Below are positions 61,686 to 64,000 of a stretch of 64,000 nt of DNA, piece after piece. The stretch covers positions 10,230,001 through 10,294,000 of the forward strand of contig OZ024749.1 of assembly GCA_964016885.1 (NCBI GenBank). The letters are read 5' to 3'. The notes beneath the pieces were generated by a model that saw only the letters and a program-made list of their open reading frames with translations, did no database searches and was not told the origin of the DNA. The number at the start of each line of letters is the position of its first letter. The first letter of the stretch is position 1. This DNA comes from Eledone cirrhosa. Lineage: Eukaryota. The position numbers were made by a program, and so were the translations under genes.

Positions 61686-61893
61686 TTAACCCTTAAGCAT
61701 TTAAACCAGCTGTATCTGGTCAGAATTCTCTCACCTCTTTATGTTCAAACCGGCTGTAACTGGCCACTCATACTGATGTTACGATATTGTTCTAAAAAAA
61801 AATATCAAAATCTCATAGATTCGATATTATGTGAGATAAAGCCTTTACTGTGAAAGTATAATAGTATATATAGTGTAAATACTAAAGGGTTAA
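61686..61893. mobile_element. piggyBac-type MITE, copy 4 (reverse)
   Basis: TTAACCCTTAAGCATTTA...TAAATACTAAAGGGTTAA. Confidence 0.82.
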
Positions 61894-62495
61894 TATAGAT
61901 ATGAATATATAGCTGTGTGTATCCAGCTTAGAATAGGTACACTGTATCCCTGTGTGTTTTAAGAAGCAACTAAATGGGTTGGTGTCAAGAAAGGCATCTG
62001 GCTGTAAAACATTGCCTCAAATCATCCTATCTAACCCATGCCAGCATGGAGAAGTAGACATAAAAACAATGATGATTATGATGATGATCTATTAAGTAAA
62101 TTATGTTCCAAACATCTGCTCACTAATGAGAAATTTAGATATATTTCAAAACACCTCCAAATTGAAAAACATAGGCAGAGTCCTTCATTAGAAATATGGT
62201 AACATCTAATAGGTTTGTGGTAGAGCCTGTAACAATGGAGGCTTCTGGTGATCTTGGCAGCCCCGGACCACATCCCTGCTTACTGTTATTGGAGCAGAGT
62301 TGACTGCTTGCAAGTGCAAATCCTGACAGGTGGATTGGCTGTTCCAGTGTGTCTCCCTTGCTGTCCTCCAAGGCAATGTATTCTCCATCCAGTCAGCCGG
62401 GATGTAGAGGTGGAGGGTAAGTTAGTTGGAGGTAAAGCATACTTGTTTGGACATCACACACATAGATACATACTCAACCACTTATACAGTCCAAT

Positions 62496-62745
62496 CAGGG
62501 CCGGATTTAGATTTGATGAGGCCCTAAGCTATTTGAGATAATGGGGCCCTTTATATGTTATAAAAACTGCAAAACGTTTAATATTAAAGCAGAAAACTGT
62601 TTAAAACTATTGCATTATTTTAGTTCTTTTTTATCTTATATTTTGGCAATGTACACACCGTTTTTTTTTTCCAATTTTTTCGGGAACCCCAAGAAAGTGG
62701 GGGCCCTAAGCTATAGCTTGTTCAGCTTATACATAAATCCCACTC
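62496..62745. mobile_element. Probable MITE (CAGGGCCGGATTTA terminus, hAT-like)
   Basis: CAGGGCCGGATTTA...TAAATCC with internal GGCCCTAAGCTA repeats; the right end is degenerate. Confidence 0.5.
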
Positions 62746-62851
62746 AGTGTCCAATGAGTTAATTAACTGCAAAACATGTCACTTAAAGATATAAATTTGA
62801 AAAGGTATATACAATATACAGATGTTAATATATATTGATGAGAGCAAAGTT

Positions 62852-63111
62852 TGAAATTCTGTAGAAATAGAAGCTTTTGCCATATTTTTTACTAAAGAAA
62901 TTTTAACCTGATAGAGTTTAAGACCCTCTAAAAAATGGAAAAAGATGAGTATTGATGTACATGGGAGTCGATTCCACCTTTGATGGGTTCAACTCCCATG
63001 TATGTCAATATTCATCCTTTTCCATTTTTTAGAGGGTTTTAAACTCCACTATCAGGTTAATATTTCTTTAGTAAAAAGTACGACGAAAGCTTCTATTTCT
63101 ACTGAATTTCA
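62852..63111. mobile_element. Second palindromic copy of the tRNA-derived element (260-bp hairpin)
   Basis: The arms are mutually reverse-complementary and homologous to 43694-43810 / 45975-46090; heads are truncated to the T arm. Confidence 0.85.
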
Positions 63112-63152
63112 TATATATTTATATTTTTAATGAATAGTGTATTCAGATAAGC

Positions 63153-63382
63153 TTAACCCTTTAGCATTCAAACTGGCTATATTCAACCAGAATTCTCTCA
63201 CCTCTTTCTGTTCAAACCAGCCATAACCAGTTGCTCATGCTTATATTAAGGTATTGTTCTCAAAATAAATAAATATCAAAATCTCAGAGATATGATATCA
63301 TGTGAGATAATTATGTAAGATAAAGCCTTTAACACAAAAATACAATAGTATATATAGAGAAATGTAAATGCTAAAGGGTAAA
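63153..63382. mobile_element. piggyBac-type MITE, copy 5 (reverse)
   Basis: TTAACCCTTTAGCATT...AATGCTAAAGGGTAAA. Confidence 0.8.
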
Positions 63383-63671
63383 ATATATTTTGACCTCTTG
63401 ACACCAATTCTTACTTGAAAACAGCATCAGTTTTGTAGAATGTATATATGTATATTCAGTTGATATTTCTATTACTATATAACATTATACTGAAACATTG
63501 AGGTCAATGGTGTGTGGGTGGGAGAGAGGGGTGTAATACATGTCTTCTTTTTTCTATTCAAATGTGAGACCTTGTCCCAATATGAGAATTCACAGCAGGC
63601 AACTGTTAATTGATACATTTAACACACCACACTTATGTATGTTTGTACCTATCTATCTCTCTGTATATGCA

Positions 63672-63736
<65 letters not shown>

Positions 63737-64000
63737 GCAAGCAGGGAAAAGCCTACGTAAAATGATGATGATGATGATATATATATATATATGTGTGTGT
63801 ATATATATATATATATGTGTATATATTTATATAAAGTTCAAAACAATCAAAACTATGTTTAATACATTTTATTGCTGACAATCGTTTCTTCCAAACACTC
63901 ATTTGGAATCATCAGAGCATTAGCAAAGTTTAAACACATAATCAAATTCCTATTCTACAGAACAATCATAAAGATACGTTGATATTATTGTTGCATTCAG

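Noticed and set aside
62076-62541. Short ORFs in a more GC-rich patch
   Set aside because: No recognisable motif and not the SELENBP1 last exon; possibly an old retroelement remnant but unsupported.

Overview
Eukaryotic (metazoan) genomic DNA. The repeat landscape (RTE LINEs, tRNA-SINEs, TTAA-MITEs, Penelope-like elements, TA/CA microsatellites) suggests an octopus or other cephalopod; that assignment is inference. Bases 1-~32.6 kb are one G-rich 56-bp satellite array with multi-kb higher-order duplications. From 33.2 to 57.3 kb lie nine phase-consistent GT-AG coding exons of a selenium-binding protein 1 / methanethiol oxidase (SELENBP1) gene on the + strand. The start exon and last exon were not found; the window ends on a plausible acceptor (TTGCATTCAG). 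The introns hold a decayed RTE LINE and its partner SINE, a near-intact Penelope-like retroelement with a hammerhead-ribozyme fold, piggyBac-type MITEs and several minisatellites. The most unusual observations are: (i) each satellite monomer carries ATG GGA ACA G|GT, a potential first micro-exon in the phase the first visible exon needs; (ii) a head-to-head tRNA-derived palindromic element whose tRNA 5' half is amplified about 58 times, with a second palindromic copy nearby; (iii) a ~360-bp near-perfect inverted duplication bracketing one exon; (iv) hammerhead-like motifs. All coordinates were read by eye and no searches were run.
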